Below are positions 6,281-15,907 of a stretch of DNA of 48,933 nucleotides, piece by piece. Each line of letters opens with the position of its first letter. Position 1 is the first letter of the stretch. The position numbers were made by a program, and so were the translations under genes. The stretch covers positions 1 to 48,933 of the IMG/VR virus record IMGVR_UViG_3300031892_000003. One strand, given 5' to 3'. The notes below the pieces were generated by a model. It ran no database searches and was not told the origin of the DNA. It saw nothing but the letters and a program-made list of their open reading frames with translations. Source of the DNA: a virus (lineage: Duplodnaviria; Caudoviricetes).

Positions 6281-9200
6281 TCACGTGAACTCCCGGTAGA
6301 TGACGATGCCGGGCATTCCGCTGCCGCCCGTGAAGTTCGACGCGATCACGTATGCGGCAGCGCCCGAACCACCGACACCGACCTCATTGAAAGCGCCCGT
6401 GGCTCCGTTCAGGCCCGTCCCGGATGTCACGATGATCTGCCCCCGAGGACCCTGGCAGAGGCGGGTGCCGCCCCCGTCGCCCCCGATGCAGCACCCGCTC
6501 GTGTTGCTCGCGTTGCCGCCCGTCTGACCGTAAGCGTACTCCTGGCCGCCGAAACTAGGCACGCCACCCGCGCCGCCGCCGATGCCCTTCACGGCACCGT
6601 TGGCTGTCATCGCGAAGCCGCCGCTGCCGGCGTTGGTGGTGCCGAGCTCGGTGGTGAACGTGTTTACGCCCGCTGAGCCATCGGTGGGGGTCACGCCCGT
6701 GCCGCCCGCGCCGCCCGCCCCCACGCTGTAGTTGGATGTCGCGCCCGCAATCGTGAACCAGCCCGCGTCGTAGGCGCCGCCGCCGCCGCCGCTGCTCTCG
6801 GCGCTGTCACCCGCCGAGCCGCCACCCTTGACGCCCCCCGCGCCGCCGCCGCCGGACACCTGCTCGATGTAAACGAGGCGTGCCGTGGTGAGGTAGGTGT
6901 GGGTGCCTGCTCCCGTGCGGTAGACGGTGGTACGGAGCCAGCCCGCGGTCATCGCCCCAAACCCGAGCGTGCCGCCGCTCTCCCGGAGGAAGTGACCCGT
7001 GCCCGAGGTGGTGCTGATATCAGCAGGGTCGCCCGTGCTGTTGGCGCTCCTGCCAATCACGCTGAGCGCGCCGGAGTTGCGGATCTTGGCGTTGGTTATC
7101 GCGTCGTCTGCGATGCCCGCTGTGGCCACGGTGCCAAAGCCGAGGTTGCTGCCACTCTCCCGGAGCACGGCGCCGCTGGCCGCCGTGGTGCTGATGTCGG
7201 CGGGGGTCGCTACGCTGTTGCCCGAGCGGCCCATCACGGACAGGGCCGCGCTCGTGCGCAGCTTGACGTCAGTCACGGCGTTGTCGGCGATGCCCGCGGT
7301 CGCGACCTGGCCGAAGGCGAGCACGCTGCCGCTCTCTCTCAGCACCCGGTCGGTGCCAGCGGTCGTCGAGATGTCCGCCGGATCCCCCGTGCTGTTGGCG
7401 GCTCGCCCGATGACGGACAGGGCGACCGAGTTGCGCAGCTTGGCGTCCGTCACGGCGTCATTGGTCAGACCACCGGTAGCGATGGTGCCAAACCCGAGCG
7501 TGCTCGCGCTCTCGCGCAGGACCGCATCCGTCGCCGCCGTGGCGCTGATGTCGGCAGGGTCTCCGGTGCTGTTGGCGGAGCGCCCAATCACGGACAAGGG
7601 ACCCGAGTCCCGGACCTTCGCGTTGGTCACGGCGTTGTCGGCGATGCCCGCCGTCGCGACCGTCCCAAACCCGAGGACGGAACCGCTCTCCCGGAGCACC
7701 GCCGCGGACGCGGCCACCGCCGAGATGTCGCCCGGGTCGCCGCTAGAGTTGGCGGCCCTGCCGATTACGGACAGCGCCCCCGAGTCCCGGAGCTTGGTGT
7801 CGGTGACGGTGTTGATGTTGATGGTCGAGACGAAGGTGCCGGCGGGGATCGAGACGTCGCCCGTCACGGCGTTGAGGTAGGCGCCTGCGCCCACCAGGCC
7901 CTCCGCGCCGTCGTCACCGGGGAAGCCCGGGGGTCCCGCTTGCCCCGCGAGTCCGGGCGGACCCTGCGCACCCGGCACACCCTGTTGCCCCTCGTCGCCA
8001 TCGTAGGCGGGTGGCCCCGATTGCCCCGGCAGTCCGGGCGGACCTTGAGGCCCCGGGGGGCCCGGGTAGCCATCGTCGCCCTGCACGCCCGACTCGCCCG
8101 GGGGCGTGTAGAGCACGGGGGGCAGGACCCCATCCGTCGGGGCCTCGAAGGCCATCAGCGTCAGCCGGGAGAGCGCGGTCAGCTGCCCCTCGGTGGCGCC
8201 AACCAGCTTGGTCCCGATGTGGAAGATGTTGGGCCCGTAGACGCCCTTGAGCGGATTGATGGGGGTCGCGTCGCTCGTGCGGTCACCGATCGAGATGAGC
8301 CCGTCCGGGGCGGGTAGCGTCCCGTAGACACCCACCCCGACGAACACCACCGTTTGCAGGACACCGTTGACGGTAATCACCGCCTTGAGCGCGTCGGTGG
8401 CCGCCGTCGAGTCGTACTCGCAGGTGATGAAGTGCCAGCCGAGCGTTACGATGGGGGTGCTGGTGGTGGCTGTCTTGAAGCTCGGGAGGTTGAAGAGCGT
8501 CCAGGTGACGAAGCCCGCGTTGATCGTGATCTCGAACTTGTTGCTCGCGTCCGCGGCGGCGACGCGACCCGCCAGCACGGAGTAGACCGCCGCGATGGCG
8601 TCGATTTTGATCCAGAAGGCGAAGCCGAACGCAGTCGTGCCGTTGTTGGTGGCCGTGCGCGGCCAGAACAGGACGTTCTTGGTCGAGGCGAAGCGCATGG
8701 TCGGCAGGTAGTTCGCCGAGCGCTCGACGACGGGGCGGAGCGCGGCCGTGACCTGCGTCGCCGGGTTCGCGTTGAAGACGTCCGGCAGATTCTCGACGCC
8801 GCCCACCCCATCCACCGTGGCCATCGCCACCCGCAGCCAGGCCGTCACGCCCTGGGCTGCGATGAGTGACTGGTCCACTACCGACGGCGGGGTCACGGTC
8901 GGCACGGCACCCGTGCTCGCAACCCCCGGGATGAAGCCGATGACGATGGCCTCCCCGTCCACGAACGGATTGACGTGGCTCGACTCGATGGGTGTTACCG
9001 TCAGGTCCCAATAGGCGCCCTGATCCACCATCGCCTGCAGGTCAAACCGCAGGTAGCGGGTCGGGTCGATGGAGTCCGAGAGCGTGATCACGCCGAGCGG
9101 GGCGGTGCTGCTGCCCGCCATCACGTCGAGCCAGGGCGCCACGTCGACCAGGCGCGCGTTGTTCTGGCTGAGGCGCACGGTCGTCGCCGCGTTCTGCGTC

Positions 9201-9499
9201 GCGCTGTCGAGCCGCAGGCGCCCGACGGTCGGGTCGGCGTTGGCGGTCTCCGTCGAGAAGTAGTGCCCGAGGGGGTTGCCGGAGGGGGCGTTGTCGGTGA
9301 CCTGGCGGTAGATGTCGTTCACCGCCGCCCGCGAGCTCCGGAGCGCGGGGTAGACTTCCCGGTTCAGGTAGTCGATGAGGTTGGGCAGGGTGGGCGAGCC
9401 CGTAAACGGACGCACCGCACGCTGCACGCCCGCGCGCGACTGCTGGGTGAGCGCCGCCTGCCGCTGCGCCTCGGTGAGCTGGCGGTCATCGCAAGCCAC
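6281..9499 (-). CDS. Tail fibre/receptor-binding protein (LamG-like domain, collagen segment, 59-aa repeats, Gly-rich tip)
   Basis: [21 protein letters not shown] LamG-like pattern; GXY triplets; tandem repeats; GGGGG-rich C-terminus. Confidence 0.85.
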   Translation of the reverse strand: MACDDRQLTEAQRQAALTQQSRAGVQRAVRPFTGSPTLPNLIDYLNREVYPALRSSRAAVNDIYRQVTDNAPSGNPLGHYFSTETANADPTVGRLRLDSATQNAATTVRLSQNNARLVDVAPWLDVMAGSSTAPLGVITLSDSIDPTRYLRFDLQAMVDQGAYWDLTVTPIESSHVNPFVDGEAIVIGFIPGVASTGAVPTVTPPSVVDQSLIAAQGVTAWLRVAMATVDGVGGVENLPDVFNANPATQVTAALRPVVERSANYLPTMRFASTKNVLFWPRTATNNGTTAFGFAFWIKIDAIAAVYSVLAGRVAAADASNKFEITINAGFVTWTLFNLPSFKTATTSTPIVTLGWHFITCEYDSTAATDALKAVITVNGVLQTVVFVGVGVYGTLPAPDGLISIGDRTSDATPINPLKGVYGPNIFHIGTKLVGATEGQLTALSRLTLMAFEAPTDGVLPPVLYTPPGESGVQGDDGYPGPPGPQGPPGLPGQSGPPAYDGDEGQQGVPGAQGPPGLAGQAGPPGFPGDDGAEGLVGAGAYLNAVTGDVSIPAGTFVSTININTVTDTKLRDSGALSVIGRAANSSGDPGDISAVAASAAVLRESGSVLGFGTVATAGIADNAVTNAKVRDSGPLSVIGRSANSTGDPADISATAATDAVLRESASTLGFGTIATGGLTNDAVTDAKLRNSVALSVIGRAANSTGDPADISTTAGTDRVLRESGSVLAFGQVATAGIADNAVTDVKLRTSAALSVMGRSGNSVATPADISTTAASGAVLRESGSNLGFGTVATAGIADDAITNAKIRNSGALSVIGRSANSTGDPADISTTSGTGHFLRESGGTLGFGAMTAGWLRTTVYRTGAGTHTYLTTARLVYIEQVSGGGGAGGVKGGGSAGDSAESSGGGGGAYDAGWFTIAGATSNYSVGAGGAGGTGVTPTDGSAGVNTFTTELGTTNAGSGGFAMTANGAVKGIGGGAGGVPSFGGQEYAYGQTGGNASNTSGCCIGGDGGGTRLCQGPRGQIIVTSGTGLNGATGAFNEVGVGGSGAAAYVIASNFTGGSGMPGIVIYREFT
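6955..7808 (-). repeat. About five tandem 177-bp (59-aa) repeats in the tail fibre
   Basis: Units begin [45 protein letters not shown], each with LSVIGRxxNSxGDPADIS..LRESG..LGFG; boundaries approximate. Confidence 0.9.
7900..8100 (-). repeat. Collagen-like GXY segment in the tail fibre
   Basis: [30 protein letters not shown]...[10 protein letters not shown]; boundaries approximate. Confidence 0.85.
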
Positions 9500-9838
9500 T
9501 CACACCTCCAGCGCCGAGACGTCCGGGTGCCGCACGAACTGGGTCTCCTGATCCGCCTGGGTGACCGCGCCCGTGCCCTGCCAGGCGCCCGTGTGGCGCT
9601 CCGCCTTCCGGGTCACCCACACCACGTGGTAGACGCCCGCGCTGTCGCGCACGACGGGGTTAGCCCCAATCGGGTAGTGGGTGCCCGCGACCGGGGCGGC
9701 GTTGTACGTCCACTGCAGCTCCGTGCCGCCGATGCCCTCCCGGAGCCAGAAGGTGATGACGGTCGGATCGGTGGCGACGCCCGCGGTGTTGAGGAACCGC
9801 TCGGTGAACGTGAGGGGAGAGCCGATGTGGTTCGCCAT
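9500..9838 (-). CDS. Small Ig-like tail/virion protein
   Basis: Beta-rich, DPTVITF..RDSAGVYH pattern; position in late operon. Confidence 0.7.
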   Translation of the reverse strand: MANHIGSPLTFTERFLNTAGVATDPTVITFWLREGIGGTELQWTYNAAPVAGTHYPIGANPVVRDSAGVYHVVWVTRKAERHTGAWQGTGAVTQADQETQFVRHPDVSALEV

Positions 9839-9840
9839 GG

Positions 9841-10260
9841 TCAGACCAGTGTGAGGCTCGCTTCGACGCGGAGCAGCCCGGTCGCCCCCATGCGGAGCAC
9901 CAGGTAGTTCAGGCTCTGCGCGGCCGCCGCCGTCACCAGGATGCTCGGCACCTCCACGTCGCCCCCGCCCCCGACACCCGAGACGGTGAAGCTGAAGCCC
10001 GTGGCCGCGTCCCGGTTGCGCAGGATCATCCGGTTGCCGTAGCCCCCGACGGCTGTGCCGGTGTTGGCGATGGGTACGCTGGCGAGCGCCAGGCTGTCGG
10101 AGCTGCCCGATCCGAAGGGGGTGTTGGCCAGGTTGAAGACGGCGAGGGCCGTGTTCGTCTGGTAGAGGGTCGCCGTCGCCGTGCCCGAGCCGGTGCCGAG
10201 AAACGTATCCAGCCCGTCGAGCATGATTGCCCGGCAGCCGACCGCGAGCGTGACGCTCAT
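9841..10260 (-). CDS. Virion-associated hypothetical protein
   Basis: ATGA overlap, Gly/Ala/Thr-rich. Confidence 0.7.
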   Translation of the reverse strand: MSVTLAVGCRAIMLDGLDTFLGTGSGTATATLYQTNTALAVFNLANTPFGSGSSDSLALASVPIANTGTAVGGYGNRMILRNRDAATGFSFTVSGVGGGGDVEVPSILVTAAAAQSLNYLVLRMGATGLLRVEASLTLV

Positions 10261-10670
10261 ACGAGGACGTCCGTGCTGGCGACCTTGCTCCGAGACTTCT
10301 CGCTCTGCAGCGCCAGGTTCGCGCTGAAGGCGTTCGTGTCCTCCGTCGCGTTGGTCACGGTGAAGCGGAAGCGCACGTCCTTGTAGTGACCCACGTACAC
10401 TTCATCATCGTTCACCACATCGTCGTTGAAGGTGGCCGAGGTGTAGAAGGTGTTCCACGTGGAACCGCCGTTGTCGGAGAATTGTCCGATGACGGTGCCC
10501 GTGATGCTGCCCGTCGCCCCGTCGAAGAGCAGCGAGTAGGTGAACCACTGCTGCCCGAGCAGGTGGAAGCTGTTGCCCGGGGGGAAGGCCGTGACGCTGC
10601 TGAACAGGTCGACGGCGACGTTTTGGACCGGCAGCGCCGTGCCCGTGTACTTGATGATCGTCTGGCTCAT
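10257..10670 (-). CDS. Virion-associated hypothetical protein
   Basis: ATGA overlap; QFSDNGGSTW Asp-box-like motif. Confidence 0.7.
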   Translation of the reverse strand: MSQTIIKYTGTALPVQNVAVDLFSSVTAFPPGNSFHLLGQQWFTYSLLFDGATGSITGTVIGQFSDNGGSTWNTFYTSATFNDDVVNDDEVYVGHYKDVRFRFTVTNATEDTNAFSANLALQSEKSRSKVASTDVLV

Positions 10671-13600
10671 TCTTCACTCCTGCGCTGCCGCGTCTTGGTT
10701 TCCGTGTGGCGTACCCGCACCTTCTTGCCACTGGTCGCCTTGGTGTCTTTGGTCTTCGCCTCGTAGCCAGGGGCCCGCGCCTCGTCCCGCTCCCGGATGC
10801 GTTCCTTGGCCTCCGCGTTGCCTTCACCGTACCGGGTGAGCTTGGCGGAGCTGCCGCCGGCCAAGTTCGTTTCCTTGGTGATGTAGCGGCTCGTCGGGTA
10901 GCCGAAGCGGATGTTGCTCTGATCGTAGAGCCGTACCGGTGACAGCGGGTGGCGCGACTGGCCTTCTCGGCTCTGGTTCATGCGCGACACGATGCCTTCC
11001 AATGGGTCGAGCGAGCGGGCGTGCCGGAGGTCGTCCGCGACTCCTGCCCGTTCGGCCATGGCCTGCATGGCGCCGAGGTCCTTGCTCTGCCCCGGCTGCT
11101 GCTTGGCGACGCTGACCACCTTGTCGTAGACGCCGTCTGGTGTCTTGTCGGCACCCACCCGGCGCCCCGTCTCCTTGGTCTGACCGATGTCGCGCGCGTG
11201 GCCCTGCTGCATCTTGGACCAGCCGCCGGGCACACCGTCGAGCGAGCGGGCGTCGCGGTCCCGCAGGGCGGCGTTGTGGATGTCGCCGAGGTCCCGGTCG
11301 TTGATGGTGTCCTGACCCTTGCGGCGCAGCTGCCGGATCGCTGACTCGTGGTGCTGGGCGTTGTACTTGCGGGGCTGGACGTAGACGGTTTTGATCCCGC
11401 GCGCCTTGAGCGACGCCTCGAACGTCTGAGGCTCCATCTGCTGCTTGGAGGGGGCCTTCGCCGCCTCCGCCTTCTCCTTGTGGTCGTGGGCCTTGCGGCG
11501 CCTCCAGCGCGCGCCCTCGGGAGGGTTGGCCGTGAACTCCGCTTCCGAGGCGGTTCGGCGGGGCTGGGCGGCCTCGTGCTGAACGGTGACCTTTGGCCCG
11601 GGCGGGGTGGGGGAGCCCGCCTTCTCGCCCGCGGTCGGCGCCCGCGAGCCCCTCACGGCGGCGTCCGGGGCGGCCTTGTCGATGTTGCTGCCCCCGAGCT
11701 GCTTGCGCCCCGGCTCGTAGCGCGGGGTCCGCGCGATGGCCTTGGGTGTGGTCGCCAGGTCGTCGGCGGTCCGCTGGGCGAGCTCGCTGTTGCCGCTCTC
11801 GAGCTCGGGGCGGCCCGACCCCTGCCGGCGAGGCCTGGTCGCCAGCTCGTCGGGGGCGCCGCCGGTGCTGGCGAGCGCGGAGCCCTCTTCGGCGGCTGGG
11901 CTCGCTGCGCGCTGTTGCCCGGGGCGGCCAACAGCCTTCTTCTCGTCGAGCGCCCGGAGCGTGCGGCGGCGCCAGACGGGGTTGAGCCAGGACGAGGCCT
12001 CGCCCACGTCGATGGGGATGGCACCCTTGCTGGGCGAGAGCGAGACGCCGCCGATGTTGGCGTTGAAGATGCCGCGAATGGGGTTGTCCGCGTTGGGGGT
12101 CCCGACCGGGGTCGGGTTGTTGCCGTCGATGGAGGCGGTGCGCTCGCGGAGCTTCTTGACCAGCGTCTCGGCGAGGTTCTGGGCGGGTAGGAGCTGGCGG
12201 CCCTCGGGGGTGGAGTAGACCGCCTTGTTCTCCTCGCCCACCCGGAGCTTGGTCTCCTTGGTCGCGCCCTTGGCAGCCTCCGCGATGGGCTTCTCCAGGC
12301 GCTCCGCGTACACGTCCACCGGGCTCACGCCGCCCCCGGGGCGAGCGGCGGCGATCCTGCGCACCTCGGCCACGGGCGCTGGGTCCCGAAAGCCGTAGCC
12401 AAATTCCGGCTCGATGCCGAGGTTCTCCAGGCGCTCGGGGATGCGGCCGTAGCGCGGCCCTTCGCGCACGTCTTTGCCGTGTAGGCTCGAAGCCTTCCCG
12501 AGCGCGACGCCCGGCAGCGCCCCGAGCCCCCCGAGCCCCGTGGCTTTCAGGGTGTCCATCGCGGCGTCCTTCAGGTTCGTGCCGGTCTCCCCCGTGGCGG
12601 CCAGGTTCTGCGCGGCGCGCGTGCCGGCGCTCGCCACCTGGTTCACGCCCGCGGCGGCGGCGCCGTTGCTCACGCCCCGGAGCATGCCCGGGGCCTGCCC
12701 TGCCACCGCGCCCGTGCCGGCGATCCAGTCCCACAAGGCGTTTGCCGGGTTCCACTCGACTAGGCCCTTGATGCCGCTTCCGGCCGTTTCTGCGGCTTCC
12801 CCTGCCGCTGTGCTCACGGCACCCGCGACCTTGCCGACACCCTTGCCGGCGAGCCCGACGGCGCCCCCGACGAGCCCCGGCACGATGCCCGCCACCTGCC
12901 CCGCGGCGTGCGCGACGGGGTGTTCTTCGCGCAGGATGTCGTCTTCTTCCTTCGCAGTCGGCGCGGTCGACGGGGGACCCGGCAGGCCATACTTCGCTTC
13001 CGCTTGGCGCAGCGGGGCCTCTGCCGCGCCGCTCTCGCGCGCAGACGTGCCGGCGCCGAAGTAGCCCGTCTCGTCTACGCCCATGATGAAGGCACGGGCC
13101 CCGGCGAGCGCGGGGCCCTCGGGCCCGAACGTGCTCTTGAGCTTGGTGGTGAGCGAGTTGAGTACCTCGGCGCCCTTGCCTTCCCTCAACCAGGGCGCCT
13201 TGCTCTGGCGGTAGGGCGTCTTGCCTGCCTTGACCGCCTCATCGGCGACCCGGCGCCACTCGTGGTCGTTGTAGGCCTCGTAGACGCTGTCGCCGGGCTT
13301 GATCGCCATCACCGCCTCGGGCGAGAGCGGCATGTCGTACCCGAGGGCCTTCAAGAGCTCGGGCTGGTTCAGGATCTTCTCGCGCACCTTCGCGGCCGGC
13401 GCGTCGTAGACCACGACCGTACCGTTGGGGTTGCTGAGATCGCCCCGGACCCATTCGTCCTTCGCTGCCTCGTCGCCCTTGGGGTGACCGGTGGCGGGCT
13501 GCAGCGCCAGCACCTGCGGCTGCAGCGGCACGTCCGGGATGATCTTGGCCTTGATGGCATCGATCTTCGCTTGGTCGACAGTCTCGGGCAGCTGGATCTG

Positions 13601-13741
13601 CTGGGCCGCTTTGCCCATGAATGCGTCGTCGAACTCCTGCAGAGCGGCCTGGGCCTTGGCCATCACCTCCGGGCTGAGCTTGTCGCCGCTTTCGGCGAGC
13701 TTGGCCTTGAGCCGTTCGTACTGCTGCGCGCTAATCGGCAT
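10667..13741 (-). CDS. Large internal virion/DNA-ejection protein (putative)
   Basis: 1024 aa, Ala/Gly-rich hydrophobic segments, podovirus ejection-gene position. Confidence 0.65.
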   Translation of the reverse strand: MPISAQQYERLKAKLAESGDKLSPEVMAKAQAALQEFDDAFMGKAAQQIQLPETVDQAKIDAIKAKIIPDVPLQPQVLALQPATGHPKGDEAAKDEWVRGDLSNPNGTVVVYDAPAAKVREKILNQPELLKALGYDMPLSPEAVMAIKPGDSVYEAYNDHEWRRVADEAVKAGKTPYRQSKAPWLREGKGAEVLNSLTTKLKSTFGPEGPALAGARAFIMGVDETGYFGAGTSARESGAAEAPLRQAEAKYGLPGPPSTAPTAKEEDDILREEHPVAHAAGQVAGIVPGLVGGAVGLAGKGVGKVAGAVSTAAGEAAETAGSGIKGLVEWNPANALWDWIAGTGAVAGQAPGMLRGVSNGAAAAGVNQVASAGTRAAQNLAATGETGTNLKDAAMDTLKATGLGGLGALPGVALGKASSLHGKDVREGPRYGRIPERLENLGIEPEFGYGFRDPAPVAEVRRIAAARPGGGVSPVDVYAERLEKPIAEAAKGATKETKLRVGEENKAVYSTPEGRQLLPAQNLAETLVKKLRERTASIDGNNPTPVGTPNADNPIRGIFNANIGGVSLSPSKGAIPIDVGEASSWLNPVWRRRTLRALDEKKAVGRPGQQRAASPAAEEGSALASTGGAPDELATRPRRQGSGRPELESGNSELAQRTADDLATTPKAIARTPRYEPGRKQLGGSNIDKAAPDAAVRGSRAPTAGEKAGSPTPPGPKVTVQHEAAQPRRTASEAEFTANPPEGARWRRRKAHDHKEKAEAAKAPSKQQMEPQTFEASLKARGIKTVYVQPRKYNAQHHESAIRQLRRKGQDTINDRDLGDIHNAALRDRDARSLDGVPGGWSKMQQGHARDIGQTKETGRRVGADKTPDGVYDKVVSVAKQQPGQSKDLGAMQAMAERAGVADDLRHARSLDPLEGIVSRMNQSREGQSRHPLSPVRLYDQSNIRFGYPTSRYITKETNLAGGSSAKLTRYGEGNAEAKERIRERDEARAPGYEAKTKDTKATSGKKVRVRHTETKTRQRRSEE

Positions 13742-15896
13742 CCGGCGTCTCCTTCAGGATATCGAGCACGCCCTGGTCGACCTCGTCTTGGGCCGCGGGC
13801 GCGGCCTCCGCGGCCTCTTCCTTCGCGTCGTCTACGGCTTCGGGCTCGTCTGTGGCGGCGCCCGTCTTGCCGAAGGAGAAGGCGGCGATGCTATCGACCG
13901 TGATGTCGCCGCCGTCCGCGGGCCGCCAAGGCGCGTTGGCCTTCCACTGCTCGGAGTCCTTCTTGTAGACGACGGTGTTGCCCGGCTTGCCGATGAAGGC
14001 GGGCGCCGCAAACGCGAGCGCGTAATCCTCGGGACGGCTCTTGGCAGTGAGGCCCTTCTTGTCGATGTAGTCCATCACGTACGGGATCTGCTCGGTGACG
14101 GGCAGCGCCCCGAACTCGTCCGCGTCCTTGAAGCCGTAGCTCCGCGCCGTCTCGTCCGTGAACTGCCCGAGCCCGCGCGCGCTACTGTGGTCGTTGGCGG
14201 CCGTGCCCTTGAAGCCGCTCTCGCCGCCGAGGACCTTGATCACGTAATCCGGGTTAAAGCCGTAGTGCTCGGATTCTGCGCGAACGGCCTTCTCCACCGC
14301 GGCCGGGTCCGAGCTCGGCTCGATGTCGCCCGGGACGCCGCGCGCCGCGCTCTTGCCGGCGGCGCCCGGAGCCGCGGGGGCCGCGGGGGCGTTGGCTCCC
14401 TCGGGGGGCAAGCCCTTCTCTTTGAGCCAGGCGTCGCGGTAGGCCTTGGGGATGTTGCCGCGCGCGTACTCGCGCAGCCCTCGGGCCACGTCCGCGTCCG
14501 GGGTTGCGGACGCGGACTCCTCGATGGCGTCGAGGTAGCCGTAGACGGAGTTGTCGTCCAATTCGATGCGGTGCTTCACGACGCCGACCAGCGACTTCTT
14601 GCGCTCCTCGCTCATGCCGCCCGCGACCATGCGGGTAAACACGTCGACAATCTGATCGACCGTGCTCATCGCGTCGATACCTAGGGCGACGGCGAGATCC
14701 TTGTTGGACTGGGAGCCCTTGCTCCCGAGCATGTTGGGCAGCTCGAAGGCGATGGCGTAGTCGTTGTCGGGGTCGGTATCGGTGAGCAGGAACTTGATGT
14801 TGTTCGCCGCATCCGAGCGGGTGATGGCCCCGGCGATGTTGTTGTCGTAGATCTCCTTGGCCTTGGCCGCGCCGCTCTTGACCAGGGACTCGATGTCGTT
14901 CCTGTCGAGAGGCTTGTTCGCGTCGGCCTCTGCCTTGCGGCCCTCCTTGGCGAGGTCGTCTTGGGTCGCGAAGTCCCGGGCCATGGCCGCGTCCGGGCCT
15001 TGGCGCATCTTCTGGGCTTGCTCCAGCGCCTTGTCGGCGGGTAGCCCTAGGCCAGCGACGCCCGCGTTGGTGGCGCCCACGCTCTCTTGGTACCGGTCCG
15101 GGTACGCGCTCTGCAGCGCCCCGAGTGCCGGGTTGAGCCGGCGCGCGATTTGTCCCTGCTGCGCGCCAAAGTCGATGGTGTCCCTCCGAACCGAGCCCAT
15201 CATGTCAGGGGCGTCGGGCTGGCGGATGGGCACGCCGGGCTGGGTGTTCGCCTGCTCGATGGCGGCGCCTACCCTGCCCGCGAGCTCGTCACCCGTGACG
15301 GTCGGCTCGGCGAGTGAGCCGCGTTCCTGCCCGTCGAGATCGTACCCGAGCGCGCTCAGCCGATTGAGCGATTGCGGCGCCGTCTCGTTCTCCCCGTAGG
15401 GCGACGCCGTGGCCATGCGCTCCGCCTCCTTGGCGGCCGTCGCCTCCGGGTCCATGTCGAAGCGGTAGGTGGGCATCCCCGCCTCGTCCTCGCCCAGCCG
15501 CTCGAAGCCCATGCCTGACTGATCCAGGCGCGGCGACAGCGCCTCGATGCCCTCGAAGTCGCCCGCGTCCCGGTACTTGGACACGTCGCCCATGAGCTTG
15601 TTCTGCTCTAGCGTCTGGGCCGCCTCGGCATCGGCTTCCGCCTTCTGCTGGGCGAGCGCGGCAGCGGCCTCTTGCTGGGCCCGCTCGCGCTCCATCTGCA
15701 TCTCCGCCCGGCGCATCTGGCCCGCTTCCGCAATCTGCCGGTAGCGCTCGGATTCCAAGTTGCTGCGCTTGGTCTCCTCGAACTGCTCCCGCATCAGGCG
15801 CAGCCGCTCGCGCTCCATGGAGGAATCCCCACCCGCTCCCACAACCGGGGAGAGGGCCTTGAGCGGCGCGAGCATGCTTTGGAAGTCGATGGCCAT
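13731..15896 (-). CDS. Ejection protein with C-terminal lytic transglycosylase (SLT) domain
   Basis: Coiled-coil N-terminus; GESGF..A.N..SSARGLGQFT..TA..YG SLT motifs. Confidence 0.8.
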   Translation of the reverse strand: MAIDFQSMLAPLKALSPVVGAGGDSSMERERLRLMREQFEETKRSNLESERYRQIAEAGQMRRAEMQMERERAQQEAAAALAQQKAEADAEAAQTLEQNKLMGDVSKYRDAGDFEGIEALSPRLDQSGMGFERLGEDEAGMPTYRFDMDPEATAAKEAERMATASPYGENETAPQSLNRLSALGYDLDGQERGSLAEPTVTGDELAGRVGAAIEQANTQPGVPIRQPDAPDMMGSVRRDTIDFGAQQGQIARRLNPALGALQSAYPDRYQESVGATNAGVAGLGLPADKALEQAQKMRQGPDAAMARDFATQDDLAKEGRKAEADANKPLDRNDIESLVKSGAAKAKEIYDNNIAGAITRSDAANNIKFLLTDTDPDNDYAIAFELPNMLGSKGSQSNKDLAVALGIDAMSTVDQIVDVFTRMVAGGMSEERKKSLVGVVKHRIELDDNSVYGYLDAIEESASATPDADVARGLREYARGNIPKAYRDAWLKEKGLPPEGANAPAAPAAPGAAGKSAARGVPGDIEPSSDPAAVEKAVRAESEHYGFNPDYVIKVLGGESGFKGTAANDHSSARGLGQFTDETARSYGFKDADEFGALPVTEQIPYVMDYIDKKGLTAKSRPEDYALAFAAPAFIGKPGNTVVYKKDSEQWKANAPWRPADGGDITVDSIAAFSFGKTGAATDEPEAVDDAKEEAAEAAPAAQDEVDQGVLDILKETPDAD

Positions 15897-15907
15897 GGGT
15901 CCTCAGA

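Noticed and set aside
6955-7808. Repeats as CRISPR array or DGR template/variable repeats
   Set aside because: They are in-frame coding repeats without spacers, and no reverse transcriptase or cas gene was seen.
9497-9502. Possible UGA readthrough fusing the 112-aa ORF to the in-frame tail fibre
   Set aside because: A GGAGG SD precedes the fibre GTG, so independent initiation explains the arrangement.
10824-12755. Long alternative-frame and antisense ORFs (also 6899-8317, 13491-14684, 24263-25576, 28813-30009, 46695-48062)
   Set aside because: Arg/Gly/Pro-rich shadow ORFs expected from high-GC codon bias over real genes.
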